DNA from: an uncultured Pseudomonadales bacterium | GTDB lineage: Bacteria; Pseudomonadota; Gammaproteobacteria; Pseudomonadales; Azotimanducaceae | DNA: 64,000 nt | Direction of reading: 5' to 3' | Assembly (NCBI GenBank): GCA_958295875.1 | Contig: OY282379.1 | Location: 2,569,046-2,633,045, forward strand | Part shown: positions 52,541 to 62,751 of the stretch, in pieces | Layout of the letters: the number at the start of each line of letters is the position of its first letter | How positions within the stretch are numbered: the stretch's first letter is position 1 | Made by a program: the position numbers and the translations under genes | Notes under the pieces: model-generated | The model's input: the letters and a program-made list of their open reading frames with translations, nothing else | The model's database searches: none | Told to the model about the DNA's origin: nothing

Positions 52541-53794
52541 CTAGAACTTGACGGTTGCCATCAACCAGAACTTGGTGATGTCGCTGGCGAACTCGTCGGC
52601 GCTGTACTGCGCAGCCTTGAACTGCAAATCCAAATGGTCGTTCGGTGCCCACACCGCAGAAAAGCCGATCTCGTCGCCATAGTCCATGCCGCCTTCATCC
52701 GCGCTGAAGCGGTGCCATGCGGCCAAGACGTTGATGTCGCCCACCTCGCCGCCCAACGTGAAGTAGACGTCCCGAACGCCGTTGGCGGGGGTGCCGAGAA
52801 AGCGGTCTGTCCAGCCTTGGAACTTGTGCAGGGTGGCCAGCGGCATGCGGAAACCCGCCTGTCCGTCGTCGCTGCCGAGCACCTCGTAGCCCACCGTGAA
52901 CGTGGCCGCCGGCAGTTGCCAAGCGCCTTGCGCCATGTAGTAGGTGGCGTCGTAGGAGAGCGGGCTGTCGGCCCAATCGGCTTGTCGCGCCACCGATGCG
53001 CTGAGCGTCAGCGGCCCGAACGCGCCCGTGTAGTCGATGCCGTAGCTGCGGTTGGAATTCGGCGGGCCGTTGTCGTTCGACAGGTCGATGAAGTAGGCGA
53101 AGCCGGCAAGCGTCTGTCCTTCGGCCGGCTGCACCGTGCCGTAGATGGCGTGGGTGTCCCCGTACCAGTCCCCAGGCTGCGCGCCGTCGCCGGGCCCGAA
53201 GATGCGGTTGACGTTGTGGATGTAGCTGTAGTCGATGGCGGCGCGCCCGCGTTCAAACTGCATGCGCAGGGCATCGTAGGTCTGCTCGTTTTGGCGAAAG
53301 GCGACGCCGCCGAGGAAGCGCTGCGAGCCGTGCAGGATGCGCTGCCGCCCGGCGGTGATCGTGGCGCCGCCACGCTGATGTCGCACAAAGGCTTGGTTCA
53401 GGTCGAACCCCTGTGGGTCCGCGACGATGGGAAACTCGGTCTTGCCGTTGTCCGTGGAGTTGAAGTCTTCAATGGCGACCACGAAGGCATAGTCTGCTTC
53501 GATGCCGAAACTGGTGTGGCCGAAGTCTCCGGAAGCCCAAGTGAACCGGGCCCTCGCGGTGGAAGCGGTGGCGCGCTCGTCGAAGCCGTCTTGATTCACC
53601 CGCTCCAAGCGGTAGCGCAGGCTCAAATCCACATCGCCTTGCGCAACGGCTTGGGCGAGTTCCGACGCGCCTGCGGTCGCAGCGCTCAAGGCCGTGGCCA
53701 GCGCCGCGGCGAGGCTGGTCAGGCAGACACGGCCGAGTCCCTGGATTTGCAAGGTTGCGACGTTCAAGACGACCTCCCAAACGCATGGCACCAT
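52541..53794 (-). CDS. Outer-membrane beta-barrel, alginate-export (AlgE-like) family
   Basis: It has a signal-peptide-like N-terminus and alternating beta-strand pattern. It also has YRLERVNQDGFDE and a terminal aromatic (..MATVKF). The start is uncertain. Confidence 0.65.
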   Translation of the reverse strand: MVPCVWEVVLNVATLQIQGLGRVCLTSLAAALATALSAATAGASELAQAVAQGDVDLSLRYRLERVNQDGFDERATASTARARFTWASGDFGHTSFGIEADYAFVVAIEDFNSTDNGKTEFPIVADPQGFDLNQAFVRHQRGGATITAGRQRILHGSQRFLGGVAFRQNEQTYDALRMQFERGRAAIDYSYIHNVNRIFGPGDGAQPGDWYGDTHAIYGTVQPAEGQTLAGFAYFIDLSNDNGPPNSNRSYGIDYTGAFGPLTLSASVARQADWADSPLSYDATYYMAQGAWQLPAATFTVGYEVLGSDDGQAGFRMPLATLHKFQGWTDRFLGTPANGVRDVYFTLGGEVGDINVLAAWHRFSADEGGMDYGDEIGFSAVWAPNDHLDLQFKAAQYSADEFASDITKFWLMATVKF

Positions 53795-53893
53795 TTCGCC
53801 GAAGCATATCTTACTTCGTGCCGCCGCCGTGCGTGCGCGAGCGGATGGCGGATGCCTGACGAGGGTTTGCTTGGCAGGTCGCTGCCGGCAGCG

Positions 53894-54775
53894 TCACACG
53901 CCATCCGAAACGCCGCGCACGAAGAGCGGCGCCATGTCCAGCGCTGCAGCGTCTTCGCGCAACAGCTGCTCATCGGGCACAACGGCCGCCTCGCTCGCCG
54001 CCTCGAGCGTGGGGCGCAACAGGCTGGCGTCGCTGGAGGTGTTCAGAAACGCATGCGGACGCGCCAAGGTGAAGTGGACGGCGCGCCGCAGCGCGCCGGG
54101 CTCGCGGATGGGTCGATACCAGCTATAGCGTGGCTCCGTTTCATCCTGCTTCCAGCGGCGGCTGGCGATGCTCTTGATCGTTTGGAACGCCACGCCGCGT
54201 TCGACGCAGGTAGCGTACAGGCGCTCGAAATCGCGCGCATAGTCGCGTTGCGACAGCATGGCAAAGTTGCAGGGTGCCAGCACCGCGTCGAACGGGAAGC
54301 GCTCGAGGCTCGAAAGGTGCATCAGCGGCGCGAACGTGCCATGCCCGGTCACCCCGATGAAGCGGGCGAGGCCCTCTTCCCGCGCCTGCACCAAGGCTTC
54401 GAGGGCGCCGTTCGGCGCGAAGGCGGTTCTCCAACCCCGCTCTGCCACCAAGTTGTGTAGCTGAATCATGTCCACCTGTTCGACGCCGAGGCGCGTGAGC
54501 GAGCGTTCCAAGCTGGCGCGCGCCTCGGATGCCGTGCGGGCGCCGGTCTTCGTGGCGAGGAAGAAGCGCTTGCGGTGGTCTTGCAGCCACGGCGCGATGC
54601 GCAGTTCCGAATCGCCATACGAGGCTGCGGTGTCGATGTGGTTGACGCCGAACTCCAGCAACGTGTCGAGGAGGGCATCGGCCTTGTCGTGGCGCATCCT
54701 GCCGAGCGCCGCGGCGCCGAACAACGCGCGCGAGCTCAGGTGGCCGGTGCTGCCGAAGGGGATGCGTTCGATCAT
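53894..54775 (-). CDS. Aldo/keto reductase
   Basis: It has GVNHIDTAASYGDSE, FLATKTG and IQLHN. ATG at 54775 lies inside the longer ORF. Confidence 0.8.
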   Translation of the reverse strand: MIERIPFGSTGHLSSRALFGAAALGRMRHDKADALLDTLLEFGVNHIDTAASYGDSELRIAPWLQDHRKRFFLATKTGARTASEARASLERSLTRLGVEQVDMIQLHNLVAERGWRTAFAPNGALEALVQAREEGLARFIGVTGHGTFAPLMHLSSLERFPFDAVLAPCNFAMLSQRDYARDFERLYATCVERGVAFQTIKSIASRRWKQDETEPRYSWYRPIREPGALRRAVHFTLARPHAFLNTSSDASLLRPTLEAASEAAVVPDEQLLREDAAALDMAPLFVRGVSDGV

Positions 54776-54953
54776 GCCGCCGCTGCTTGCCGAAGAACCC
54801 ACGATCATAACGCGGCGCTGGCCGTGGCTGCGCCGTTCCGTGGAATTGGGCGGATTGTGGAGGGTGCGTGGACTCGCCTTGGGGTTTACCGTGGTTTGCG
54901 CATTGCGCATCATGGCCGCCACAAGGGACAGCCGGGAGCGAGGAAAGTCCACG

Positions 54954-55220
54954 ATGTGCCGCAACATCCGCACGCTTTACAACTTCGAGCCGCCGGCCAC
55001 CGAGGTGGAAGTCCACGCCGCCGCGTTGCAGTTCGTCCGCAAGCTGAGCGGCTTCAATCGCCCGTCCAAGGCGAACGCAGCGGCCTTCGATCGTGGTGTG
55101 CAGGAAGTGTCGGCGGCGGCGCAGCGATTGCTCGCCGGCCTCGTCACCGCGGCGCCGGTGAAAGACCGGCAGGCGGAGGCGGCCAAGGCCCGCGCTCGCG
55201 CCGCCAAGCGCTTCGCCTGA
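54954..55220 (+). CDS. DUF2277-like small protein
   Basis: The MCRNIRTLYNFEPPATEVEV N-terminus is characteristic of this family as I recall it. Confidence 0.65.
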   Translation: MCRNIRTLYNFEPPATEVEVHAAALQFVRKLSGFNRPSKANAAAFDRGVQEVSAAAQRLLAGLVTAAPVKDRQAEAAKARARAAKRFA

Positions 55221-55328
55221 GCCGCCGCCCGTCAAACCGCTCTGAACCGCCACACCCGGCTAACCCCTCGCGTCGCCGCCGCCGTGTTACGGTAGCCATT
55301 GTGCAGCAGAGCAGATTAGGAGGCAGCA

Positions 55329-55775
55329 ATGTCTTTTCCGCGTCCCGAAGGCCACCACGTCATCACGCCGGGCGCCAGCGTGCCCAACGCGGCGGCGGTG
55401 CTTGAGTTCGTTGCGCGGGCGTTCGGCGGCGTCGTCACCGAACGCCACGACAATCCGAACGGCTCCATCGCCCACGCGGAGATCCGCATTGGCGATTCGG
55501 TGGTGATGATCGGCGACCCAATGGAGGGCGATAAGCCGATGCCGGCCTCGCTGTCGTTCTATGTGGATGACGCGGCAGCGGTGGACGCGACGTTCCAAGG
55601 AGCGCTCGATGCCGGCGCCGTGTCGCTGGCCGAGCCGGTGGACCAGTTTTACGGTTATCGTTCGGGCACCGTGCGCGATGTCGGCGGCAACCGCTGGACG
55701 ATTTGCGCGGTGGTGGAACAGCTCACGCCAGAAGACATTGACGAGCGCGTCGCCAAGATGGCGGAAGCGGGGTAG
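55329..55775 (+). CDS. VOC-family (glyoxalase/PhnB-like) protein
   Basis: AGGAGG lies upstream of the ATG. It has IAHAEIRIGDSVVMIGD and VDQFYGYRSGTVRDVGGNRW. Confidence 0.75.
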   Translation: MSFPRPEGHHVITPGASVPNAAAVLEFVARAFGGVVTERHDNPNGSIAHAEIRIGDSVVMIGDPMEGDKPMPASLSFYVDDAAAVDATFQGALDAGAVSLAEPVDQFYGYRSGTVRDVGGNRWTICAVVEQLTPEDIDERVAKMAEAG

Positions 55776-55881
55776 GCCGGGCCGCAATCTCGCGGCCAAC
55801 CCGCCCACGGTCTGCTCGAGCGGGTTGGGCAGGCGGCGAAGGGGGCCGTTTTGGGCGCAAGTCGCGTTAACATGCCCGCCC

Positions 55882-56658
55882 ATGCCGCCGCGCCGCGTCA
55901 AACTCGTCCACACCTCGGACGTCCACCTCGATGGCCGCTTCAGCAGTGAAGCGCCGGACGGCTTCCGCAATCCGGCGGAACGGGCGTTCGCGGCCGTGGT
56001 GGACGTGGCCTTGGAAGAGGCCGCAGATCTGCTGCTCATCGCCGGCGACCTGTTCGACAACAATCGGGTGCGCGAGGAGGACTTCGCCTTTGTAGCCGCG
56101 CAGCTCGCCCGCGTTGCCTGCCCCGTCATCGCGCTGCCGGGGAACCACGACGTGCATGACGGTCAATCCGTATGGCGCCGCATCACCGCCTTGGACGCGG
56201 CCAACCATGTGCATCTGCTGCTCGACGTGGCCGGTGCCAGCATCGAGTTTCCCGAACTGGGCGTCACCGCTTGGGGCCGGGCGATGGAGGCGCACACGCC
56301 AGAGAACGAACCGCTTGACGGCACCCCGGTGCGCCGCCAAGGCGTCTGGAACATCGGCTTGGCGCACGGCTTGGTGGTGGAGGAACGCGCCGGCATTGGT
56401 TCCTCGCAGATCACCCGGCGCGAAATCCGCGATTCCGGGTTCGACTATCTGGCCTTGGGCCATGTGCATGTGTGGTCGGACATGAGTGAGGGGCCAACCA
56501 CCGCGTTCTACCCGGGTTCGCCCGTCGCCGGCTACGCGAGCGATCCTGGCGGTCACGTGGCCATCGCCACGCTGTGTCCGCAGCAGGGCGTCGGAGTGTC
56601 GCGGCGGCTGGTGGACGCCAGGGAGGCCGAGGCGCCACGCGCCGTGGGCTTCCTCTAA
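55882..56658 (+). CDS. Calcineurin-like metallophosphoesterase (SbcD-like)
   Basis: It has LVHTSDVHLD, IAGDLFD, LPGNHD and ALGHVH motifs. Confidence 0.75.
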   Translation: MPPRRVKLVHTSDVHLDGRFSSEAPDGFRNPAERAFAAVVDVALEEAADLLLIAGDLFDNNRVREEDFAFVAAQLARVACPVIALPGNHDVHDGQSVWRRITALDAANHVHLLLDVAGASIEFPELGVTAWGRAMEAHTPENEPLDGTPVRRQGVWNIGLAHGLVVEERAGIGSSQITRREIRDSGFDYLALGHVHVWSDMSEGPTTAFYPGSPVAGYASDPGGHVAIATLCPQQGVGVSRRLVDAREAEAPRAVGFL

Positions 56659-58125
56659 TTGGCGCAGCCGCGGCCGCGGCATTGGGAGCGCAATCTCGTC
56701 AATCCCGTGAAGAAGCCAAACATCCTGTTCTTGATGACGGATCAACAGCGCTGGGATGCGTTGGGCTGCGCCGCCGGCTGGGTGCGCACGCCGAACCTGG
56801 ATCGCATCGCCGCCGAAGGCGTGCGGTTCAGCTACTGCGTCACCACCACGCCGATTTGCATTCCGGCCCGGGTGACGCTGGCCACCGGGCGCTATCCGCA
56901 CAACAACGCCGTGTGGAAGAACATCGAGTACACCCTCCCGCCGGACGCGCCGACTTGGATGCGCGCCGTGCGCGACGCCGGCTATCGCACCAGCGTGTTC
57001 GGCAAGACGCACCTGCATCCCCACGAGGGCGACCTGCGCGAGCGTGAGGATCTGCTACACGCTTGGGGCTTGGATGACGTGGACGAGATCGGCGGCCCCC
57101 GCGCCAGCGCCACGGTGATGAGCCACATGACCGCCATGTGGGAGGCGAAGGGGCTGCTGGAGGCGTATCGGGAAGACTACCGGGAGCGCTTCGCCAACAA
57201 GCCGCATGTGGCCAGAGCGTCGACGCTGCCGTTGGCAGACTATGCGGATGTCTACATTGGCCAGCGCGCGAAGCGCTACTTGGCCGAGTACCGGCGCGAC
57301 GAGCCGTGGTGCTGCTGGGTGAGCTTTGGCGGCCCGCACGAGCCGTGGGATGCGCCGGAACCCTACGCGAGCATGTACGACCCGGCGGACATGCCGCCGC
57401 CGGTGCCGCGCCCGCGCGATGACCACCCGCGCCCGCGCGGCTGGCTGGATTACTACATGGAACGCGGCACGCCGCGCTTCGACCCTGGCGACCAAGCCGC
57501 CATGCGCGCCAACTATGCCGGCAACGTCACCCTCATCGACGATCAAATCGGTGAAATCTTGGCCGTGATCGAGGCGCGGGGTGAACTGGACAACACGGTC
57601 ATCGCGTTCACCTCAGACCACGGCGAGATGAACGGCGATTGGGACCTCATCTACAAGATGAACTTCTTGGATGGCGCCTTGCGGGTGCCGCTGATCGTGC
57701 GCACGCCGGAAACCGCAGCCGGCGCCGGCGGTTGGGTGAACGACAGCCCCGCCGAGAACTCCGATGTGGGGCCAACGTTGGCGGAACTCGCCGGCGCGGA
57801 GCTGAACCATCGGCAGTTCGCTAAGTCGTTGGCGCCAGCGCTGGCCCAGCGGGACACGCGCCACCGCGAAGACGCCGTCTCCGAGTTCCGCCAAGAGTTC
57901 GCGCTGACCGATGGCAAGTGGAAGCTCGCCACGAACCGGGAAGGGGAGGCATACCTCCTGTTTGACTTGCGCGAGGATCCGGCTGAGACGCGCAACTTGG
58001 CCGGCTCGGCGGAGCATCGGGACATCGCGGACGCCATGCGTCTGCGTCTGTTTGAGCGCATCGCCGCCACGCAGCTTGAAGCGCCTTCTGAAGACGCCGC
58101 GGAGTGGACGCCAAAGGTCGGCTAG
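56659..58125 (+). CDS. Sulfatase (formylglycine-dependent)
   Basis: It has PNILFLMTDQQRWD, a CIPAR (CxPxR) motif, FGKTH and TSDHGEM. The start codon is uncertain (TTG 56659 or GTG about 56707). Confidence 0.85.
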   Translation: MAQPRPRHWERNLVNPVKKPNILFLMTDQQRWDALGCAAGWVRTPNLDRIAAEGVRFSYCVTTTPICIPARVTLATGRYPHNNAVWKNIEYTLPPDAPTWMRAVRDAGYRTSVFGKTHLHPHEGDLREREDLLHAWGLDDVDEIGGPRASATVMSHMTAMWEAKGLLEAYREDYRERFANKPHVARASTLPLADYADVYIGQRAKRYLAEYRRDEPWCCWVSFGGPHEPWDAPEPYASMYDPADMPPPVPRPRDDHPRPRGWLDYYMERGTPRFDPGDQAAMRANYAGNVTLIDDQIGEILAVIEARGELDNTVIAFTSDHGEMNGDWDLIYKMNFLDGALRVPLIVRTPETAAGAGGWVNDSPAENSDVGPTLAELAGAELNHRQFAKSLAPALAQRDTRHREDAVSEFRQEFALTDGKWKLATNREGEAYLLFDLREDPAETRNLAGSAEHRDIADAMRLRLFERIAATQLEAPSEDAAEWTPKVG

Positions 58126-58280
58126 CCGCTTTTGCCGGTTCGGAAGAGCGAAGCGCGGTGTGTGGCCTAGCCGCTCCCCGCGTTTGGGCGGAGCGCTGTC
58201 GCCTTGACGCTCCGCGCTGCGCTTTTGCCGGCGCGGTTTGCTGGTGTAGAGTCAGCCGCATCACCCATCGGAAGGTGTCC

Positions 58281-61115
58281 ATGCTGCTTTCCCGGTGCAG
58301 AAACGCCATTCGCGGCGACGTGCCGCGGCGAGTGAAGCTCGTGCCTTGGCGGCGCGCGGCAACGTTGCTCGCTGCGCTGGCCATCTGCCCTGCGGCCGCC
58401 GCCGAAGAGCGCCAGCTAGGCAGCGCCGTGCGCCCAGCGGCGCAGGCCGCGGCGCAGCCGGAGCAGCGTCGCCGCACGCGGCTGGACTATGCGGCCGTTC
58501 AGCCTGGGCTTCGCATTGCCCTCGCGGCGCCGGTGCCGGGCCGCCTCGAGGCGCCACGAGCCAGGGGTGGCCCAGTGCGCATCGGGTTGCATCGCGCGCT
58601 GCCGGCGCGCTTCCAGGGCGACTTGGCCCGGCGCTTCGAGTGGACGGCGGTGGCTGGCGGCGGCGTGGTCGCTTCGCTCACCATCGCTTCGCCCGGCGCG
58701 GCAGCCATCCGGGCGGCACTGTTGGCACAGCTGCCCCCGCGGGGCGAGATTCGCTTCTTCCGCCCGGCGGAACCGGAGCGGGCTTTCCGCGTCACCGCCG
58801 CAGGGGATTTCCACATTCGGCCAGATGGAGAGATGGAGCCGCTGTGGTCTCCGGTGATCCAAGGCGATGCCATCGGCATCGAGGTGACCTTGCCCTCCCG
58901 CGCCGCCATCGCCGGCTTCTCGCTGCGCCTTCCCAAGATCTCCCATCGGTACGCTCGCGGCCCCGGGTCTCCGCCCCCGCAGATCGCGCAATGCCCGGGC
59001 CAGCTTGATGTGCAGTGCCGCATCGACAGGATTCCGGACGGGCTGCAAGACGCGGTGGTGAGAGTCGAGTTCGAGGAGGATGGGCAAACCCTCTACTGCT
59101 CGGCCACCTTGTTGAACAACCAATTGGAGGACTTTGCGCCGTACCTGCTCACGGCTAACCACTGCGTCTCGACGCCGGCGGCGGCGCGCTCCATCATCGC
59201 GACCTGGTTCTTTGAGCGCCCGAGCTGCAATTCCACGGCGCCCGCGGAGCGCGGTGCAACGACGATCGGCAGTGCCCAACTCTTGGCCACGTCCGTGGAT
59301 CAGGATGCGACGCTGTTGCGGCTCGGCCACCGTGTGCCCATCCGCGCCACCTATTCGGGCTGGACTTCCACCCCGCTATCGCACCGAACGGCGGTCTTTG
59401 GCATCCACCACCCGCAGGGGGATTACAAGAAGTACTCGGCTGGCGCGACCACAGGCAACATCAATGTGGAGCTTGTCGATGCCACCCCGCCGCAGGTGAC
59501 CCTGAACGCCATTGAAGTTGAGTGGGTGGAGGGCCTGACCGAGACGGGCAGCAGCGGCTCGGGGCTTTTTGAACGCGATCACCTCGTTGGCGTCTTGTCC
59601 GCCGGTGATGAAGGGTGCGGCGGTTCTGACACATACGGCAACTTCGCGGACTTCCATCCTAAGGCGTGTCCGTGGCTTACCCCGGATGATGCCTGCGCCG
59701 GCCGTGCCATCCCCCTCTTCCTGTCCGCCTCGCACTCGCGTCGGCAGGGGTTTGCCCGCATCGTCAATCACTCGGATTGGGATGGCGACGTGCAGATCAC
59801 TGCCATCGACGACGTGGGCGAGCGGTTCGGCCCCGTCACCCTCGCGCTGCGGGCGGGGCGCACCGTCCACTTCAACTCGGATGACTTGGAGCTGGGCAAC
59901 CGCGCCAAGGGCCTGCCGCGCGGGGTGGGGTCGGGCCAAGGCGATTGGCGCTTGGAACTTGCGACGTCCCTCAACATCGAGGCGCTGGCGTATGTGCGCA
60001 CCGCGGATGGCTTCGTCACCACCATGCATGACGTGGTGCCAAGGGTCGCCACCGAATCCGAGCACACCTATCTGGTGCCGTTCTTCAACCCCGGCAGCAA
60101 CGCGCGGCAGGTGAGCAAGCTGCGCCTCGTGAATCTAGGTGACAGTGCAGCCAACGTGCGGATCATGGGTCGGGACGACGCGGGCTTCCAGCCAGCGGCC
60201 GTGCGGCTCTCGCTGCCGCCAGGCACGGCGCGGATGCTCACGGCGCGCCAGTTGGAGCAGGGCGAGGGGTTGAACCGCGGCTTCGGCGACCGCGCCGGCA
60301 AGTGGTCGCTCACGGTGGCTTCAGACCGCGCCATCCAAGTGATGAATCTGCTTGAGGCGCCCACTGGCAACCTCGCCAACCTGTCCTCGCTCGGCGCCGG
60401 TGACGCCGTTGACGGCACCTTGTGGTTCCCGCTGTTTCTGCCGGCGTCCAGCCCCGGTCGGCACGGCTTCGCCAGGGTAAGCAACCGCACCGGCGAACGG
60501 GGCACCGTGACGATCCAGGCCGCGGACGACACCGGGCGCGTGTTCGGCCCGGCCGAGCTCACGCTCGGGCCGTGGCAGACGGCCCACTTCAACTCGATGG
60601 ATCTGGAACGGGGCAATGCGGCGAAGGGCCTCATCGGCGGGCTCGGCGCCGGCGTTGGCGATTGGCAGCTCATCTTGACGACGAATCTGGAATCGGTGCA
60701 GGGGCACGCCTACGTGCGCACCGCGGGCGGATTTGTCACCAGCATGGCCGATTTCGTCCGCTACGCGGACGGGCGACACACCGTGCCGACGTTCAATCCC
60801 GGCAGCAACCGCGACCAGCAAAGCCGCTTGCGTCTCATCAACCCCGGCGCGGGGGCCGTCAGGGTGACCATCGCCGCTGTTGACGACGCCGGGGCGCCGG
60901 GCGGAGAGGTGCGCTTGACGCTGGGCCCGGCGCGTTCCCGCACCCTGACCGCGCAGGAGTTGGAGGTGGGGCACGCCACCCTTGCCGGCCGCCTCGGCGA
61001 CGGCGCCGGCAAGTGGCGCCTGACCGTGACGGCAGACCAGCCGATATTCGTGTTGAGCCTGCTGGACAGCCCCACCGGCAATTTGGCCAATCTTTCCACT
61101 AGGACGGCGCCATGA
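58281..61115 (+). CDS. Secreted trypsin-fold (S1) serine protease with four C-terminal tandem beta-rich domains
   Basis: It has a signal-like AATLLAALAICPAAAAEE. The catalytic residues are His in LLTANHCV, Asp in DATLLRL and Ser in TETGSSGSGLF. Four homologous units of about 110-115 aa follow. Confidence 0.75.
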   Translation: MLLSRCRNAIRGDVPRRVKLVPWRRAATLLAALAICPAAAAEERQLGSAVRPAAQAAAQPEQRRRTRLDYAAVQPGLRIALAAPVPGRLEAPRARGGPVRIGLHRALPARFQGDLARRFEWTAVAGGGVVASLTIASPGAAAIRAALLAQLPPRGEIRFFRPAEPERAFRVTAAGDFHIRPDGEMEPLWSPVIQGDAIGIEVTLPSRAAIAGFSLRLPKISHRYARGPGSPPPQIAQCPGQLDVQCRIDRIPDGLQDAVVRVEFEEDGQTLYCSATLLNNQLEDFAPYLLTANHCVSTPAAARSIIATWFFERPSCNSTAPAERGATTIGSAQLLATSVDQDATLLRLGHRVPIRATYSGWTSTPLSHRTAVFGIHHPQGDYKKYSAGATTGNINVELVDATPPQVTLNAIEVEWVEGLTETGSSGSGLFERDHLVGVLSAGDEGCGGSDTYGNFADFHPKACPWLTPDDACAGRAIPLFLSASHSRRQGFARIVNHSDWDGDVQITAIDDVGERFGPVTLALRAGRTVHFNSDDLELGNRAKGLPRGVGSGQGDWRLELATSLNIEALAYVRTADGFVTTMHDVVPRVATESEHTYLVPFFNPGSNARQVSKLRLVNLGDSAANVRIMGRDDAGFQPAAVRLSLPPGTARMLTARQLEQGEGLNRGFGDRAGKWSLTVASDRAIQVMNLLEAPTGNLANLSSLGAGDAVDGTLWFPLFLPASSPGRHGFARVSNRTGERGTVTIQAADDTGRVFGPAELTLGPWQTAHFNSMDLERGNAAKGLIGGLGAGVGDWQLILTTNLESVQGHAYVRTAGGFVTSMADFVRYADGRHTVPTFNPGSNRDQQSRLRLINPGAGAVRVTIAAVDDAGAPGGEVRLTLGPARSRTLTAQELEVGHATLAGRLGDGAGKWRLTVTADQPIFVLSLLDSPTGNLANLSTRTAP
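59690..61100 (+). repeat. Four tandem coding domain repeats (A1-B1-A2-B2) in the protease C-terminal half
   Basis: A units: PLFL.AS....GFAR..N......V.I.A.DD.G..FGP..L.L......HFNS.DLE.GN.AKGL..G.G.G.GDW.L. B units: VP.FNPGSN..Q.S.LRL.N.G......I...DDAG...LT..QLE.G......G.GAGKW.LTV.....I.V..LL..PTGNLANLS. Confidence 0.8.
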
Positions 61116-61149
61116 GGTTGCCGCGCTGGCCTGCGCTTAAGGAGTTGAA

Positions 61150-62715
61150 ATGAGTGACGCCGCCCTCGCCCCTGCAAGGGATGTCCTCGGCCATCCGCGT
61201 GGCCTTGTCGTGTTGTTCTTCGCCGAGATGTGGGAGCGCTTCAGCTTCTACGGCATGCGCGCGCTGCTCATCTTCTATCTGACGCAGCACTTCCTGTTCG
61301 ACGATGCGATGTCGGCCGGCATCTACGCCACCTACGGCTCGATGGTGTACCTGATGCCCGTCATCGGCGGCATGGTGGCAGACCGCTTTCTGGGCTTCCG
61401 CAAGGCCGTGATCGTGGGCGCGGTGCTGTTGTGCGTCGGGCACTTCGGCATGGCCTTCGAGGGCACGCCAGCGCAGATGGTGGACGGCGCGGCGTTGCGG
61501 GACGATGTCGGGCTGCAGATCTTCTACCTGTCGCTGGCCTTCATCGTCATCGGCGTGGGGTTCTTGAAGTCCAGCATCTCGAACATGGTGGGGGAGCTGT
61601 ACGGGCCGGAGGACAGCCGCCGGGACAGCGGCTTCACGCTCTTCTACATGGGCATCAATGTCGGCGCCGCCGCGGCCGGGCTGCTGTGCGGATACTTGGG
61701 GCAGACGTTTGGCTGGCGCTATGGCTTCGGGTTGGCCGGCATTGGCATGTTGGCGGGGCTCGTCACCTTCCTGCGCGGTCGCCGCCATCTGTTGGGCGCC
61801 GGGGAACCCCCGGCCGGCGGAGAGCTCGACAAGCCTCTCTTCGGCCCGCTGAGCCGGGAACGGGTCATCCAATTGGCCGCCTTGGTCGGCGTCTTGTTCA
61901 CTTGGCAACTCATTCAATACCAGCGCGTGGTCGGCGGCCTCCTCTTGGCCGGCGGCGTCGCCGTGGTGGTGGGCGTGGTGTGGTTCTCGGTTGCCCGCTG
62001 CACCGCGGTGGAGCGCGGCCGCATGCTGGTGCTGCTCACGCTCACCGCGTTCTCGGTGGTGTTCTGGGCGCTGTTCGAGCAGGCCGGCAGTTCCATGAGC
62101 CTGTTTGCGGACCGCAACTTGGATCGGGAAGTGGTGGGCGTCACCGTGCAAGCCTCGCAGTTCCAGTCCTTGAATCCGCTCTTCATCATCTTCTTGGCGC
62201 CGTGCTTTGCCATGCTGTGGCCGTGGTTGGCGCGCCGCGGCGCTGAGCCGAGCGTGCCGGCGAAGTTCGGCCTTGGCATCGTGCAGGTGGGGCTTGGCTT
62301 CGGGGCGCTCGTGTATGGCGCGGCCTTGGCCGGGGAAGATCAGCTCGTGGCCGCGGGTTGGTTGGCCCTCGCTTATCTCCTGCACACCACCGGCGAGCTA
62401 TGCCTCTCCCCAGTGGGGCTGTCGATGGTGACGAAGCTGTCGGTGGCGCGGGTCGCCGGCATGATGATGGGAGTGTGGTTCCTGTCCTCCGCCTTCTCGC
62501 ACTATGTGGCGGGCTGGATCGCCGCCGGCGCGAGCGTGGACACCAGCGAGGGGCTGGACCGTGCCGCCGCGCTGGCCATCTACGCCGACACCTTCCAATA
62601 CCTGATGATCGTGGCGCTGGCGGTGGGTTTCGTCTTGCTTGCGTTAGCGCCTTGGCTGCGCCGGCACATGTACTTGGGGGCTGCCGACGAACCGAGCCCG
62701 CCGCCGCAGCCCTGA
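61150..62715 (+). CDS. POT/PTR2-family peptide:proton symporter
   Basis: It has GHPRGLVVLFFAEMWERFSFYGMRALLIFYL and GGMVADRFLGFRKAV, the canonical POT signatures. Confidence 0.9.
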   Translation: MSDAALAPARDVLGHPRGLVVLFFAEMWERFSFYGMRALLIFYLTQHFLFDDAMSAGIYATYGSMVYLMPVIGGMVADRFLGFRKAVIVGAVLLCVGHFGMAFEGTPAQMVDGAALRDDVGLQIFYLSLAFIVIGVGFLKSSISNMVGELYGPEDSRRDSGFTLFYMGINVGAAAAGLLCGYLGQTFGWRYGFGLAGIGMLAGLVTFLRGRRHLLGAGEPPAGGELDKPLFGPLSRERVIQLAALVGVLFTWQLIQYQRVVGGLLLAGGVAVVVGVVWFSVARCTAVERGRMLVLLTLTAFSVVFWALFEQAGSSMSLFADRNLDREVVGVTVQASQFQSLNPLFIIFLAPCFAMLWPWLARRGAEPSVPAKFGLGIVQVGLGFGALVYGAALAGEDQLVAAGWLALAYLLHTTGELCLSPVGLSMVTKLSVARVAGMMMGVWFLSSAFSHYVAGWIAAGASVDTSEGLDRAAALAIYADTFQYLMIVALAVGFVLLALAPWLRRHMYLGAADEPSPPPQP

Positions 62716-62751
62716 AGGCCACGGCGGGGGCCGGCCGTCATCGGGTGGAGA

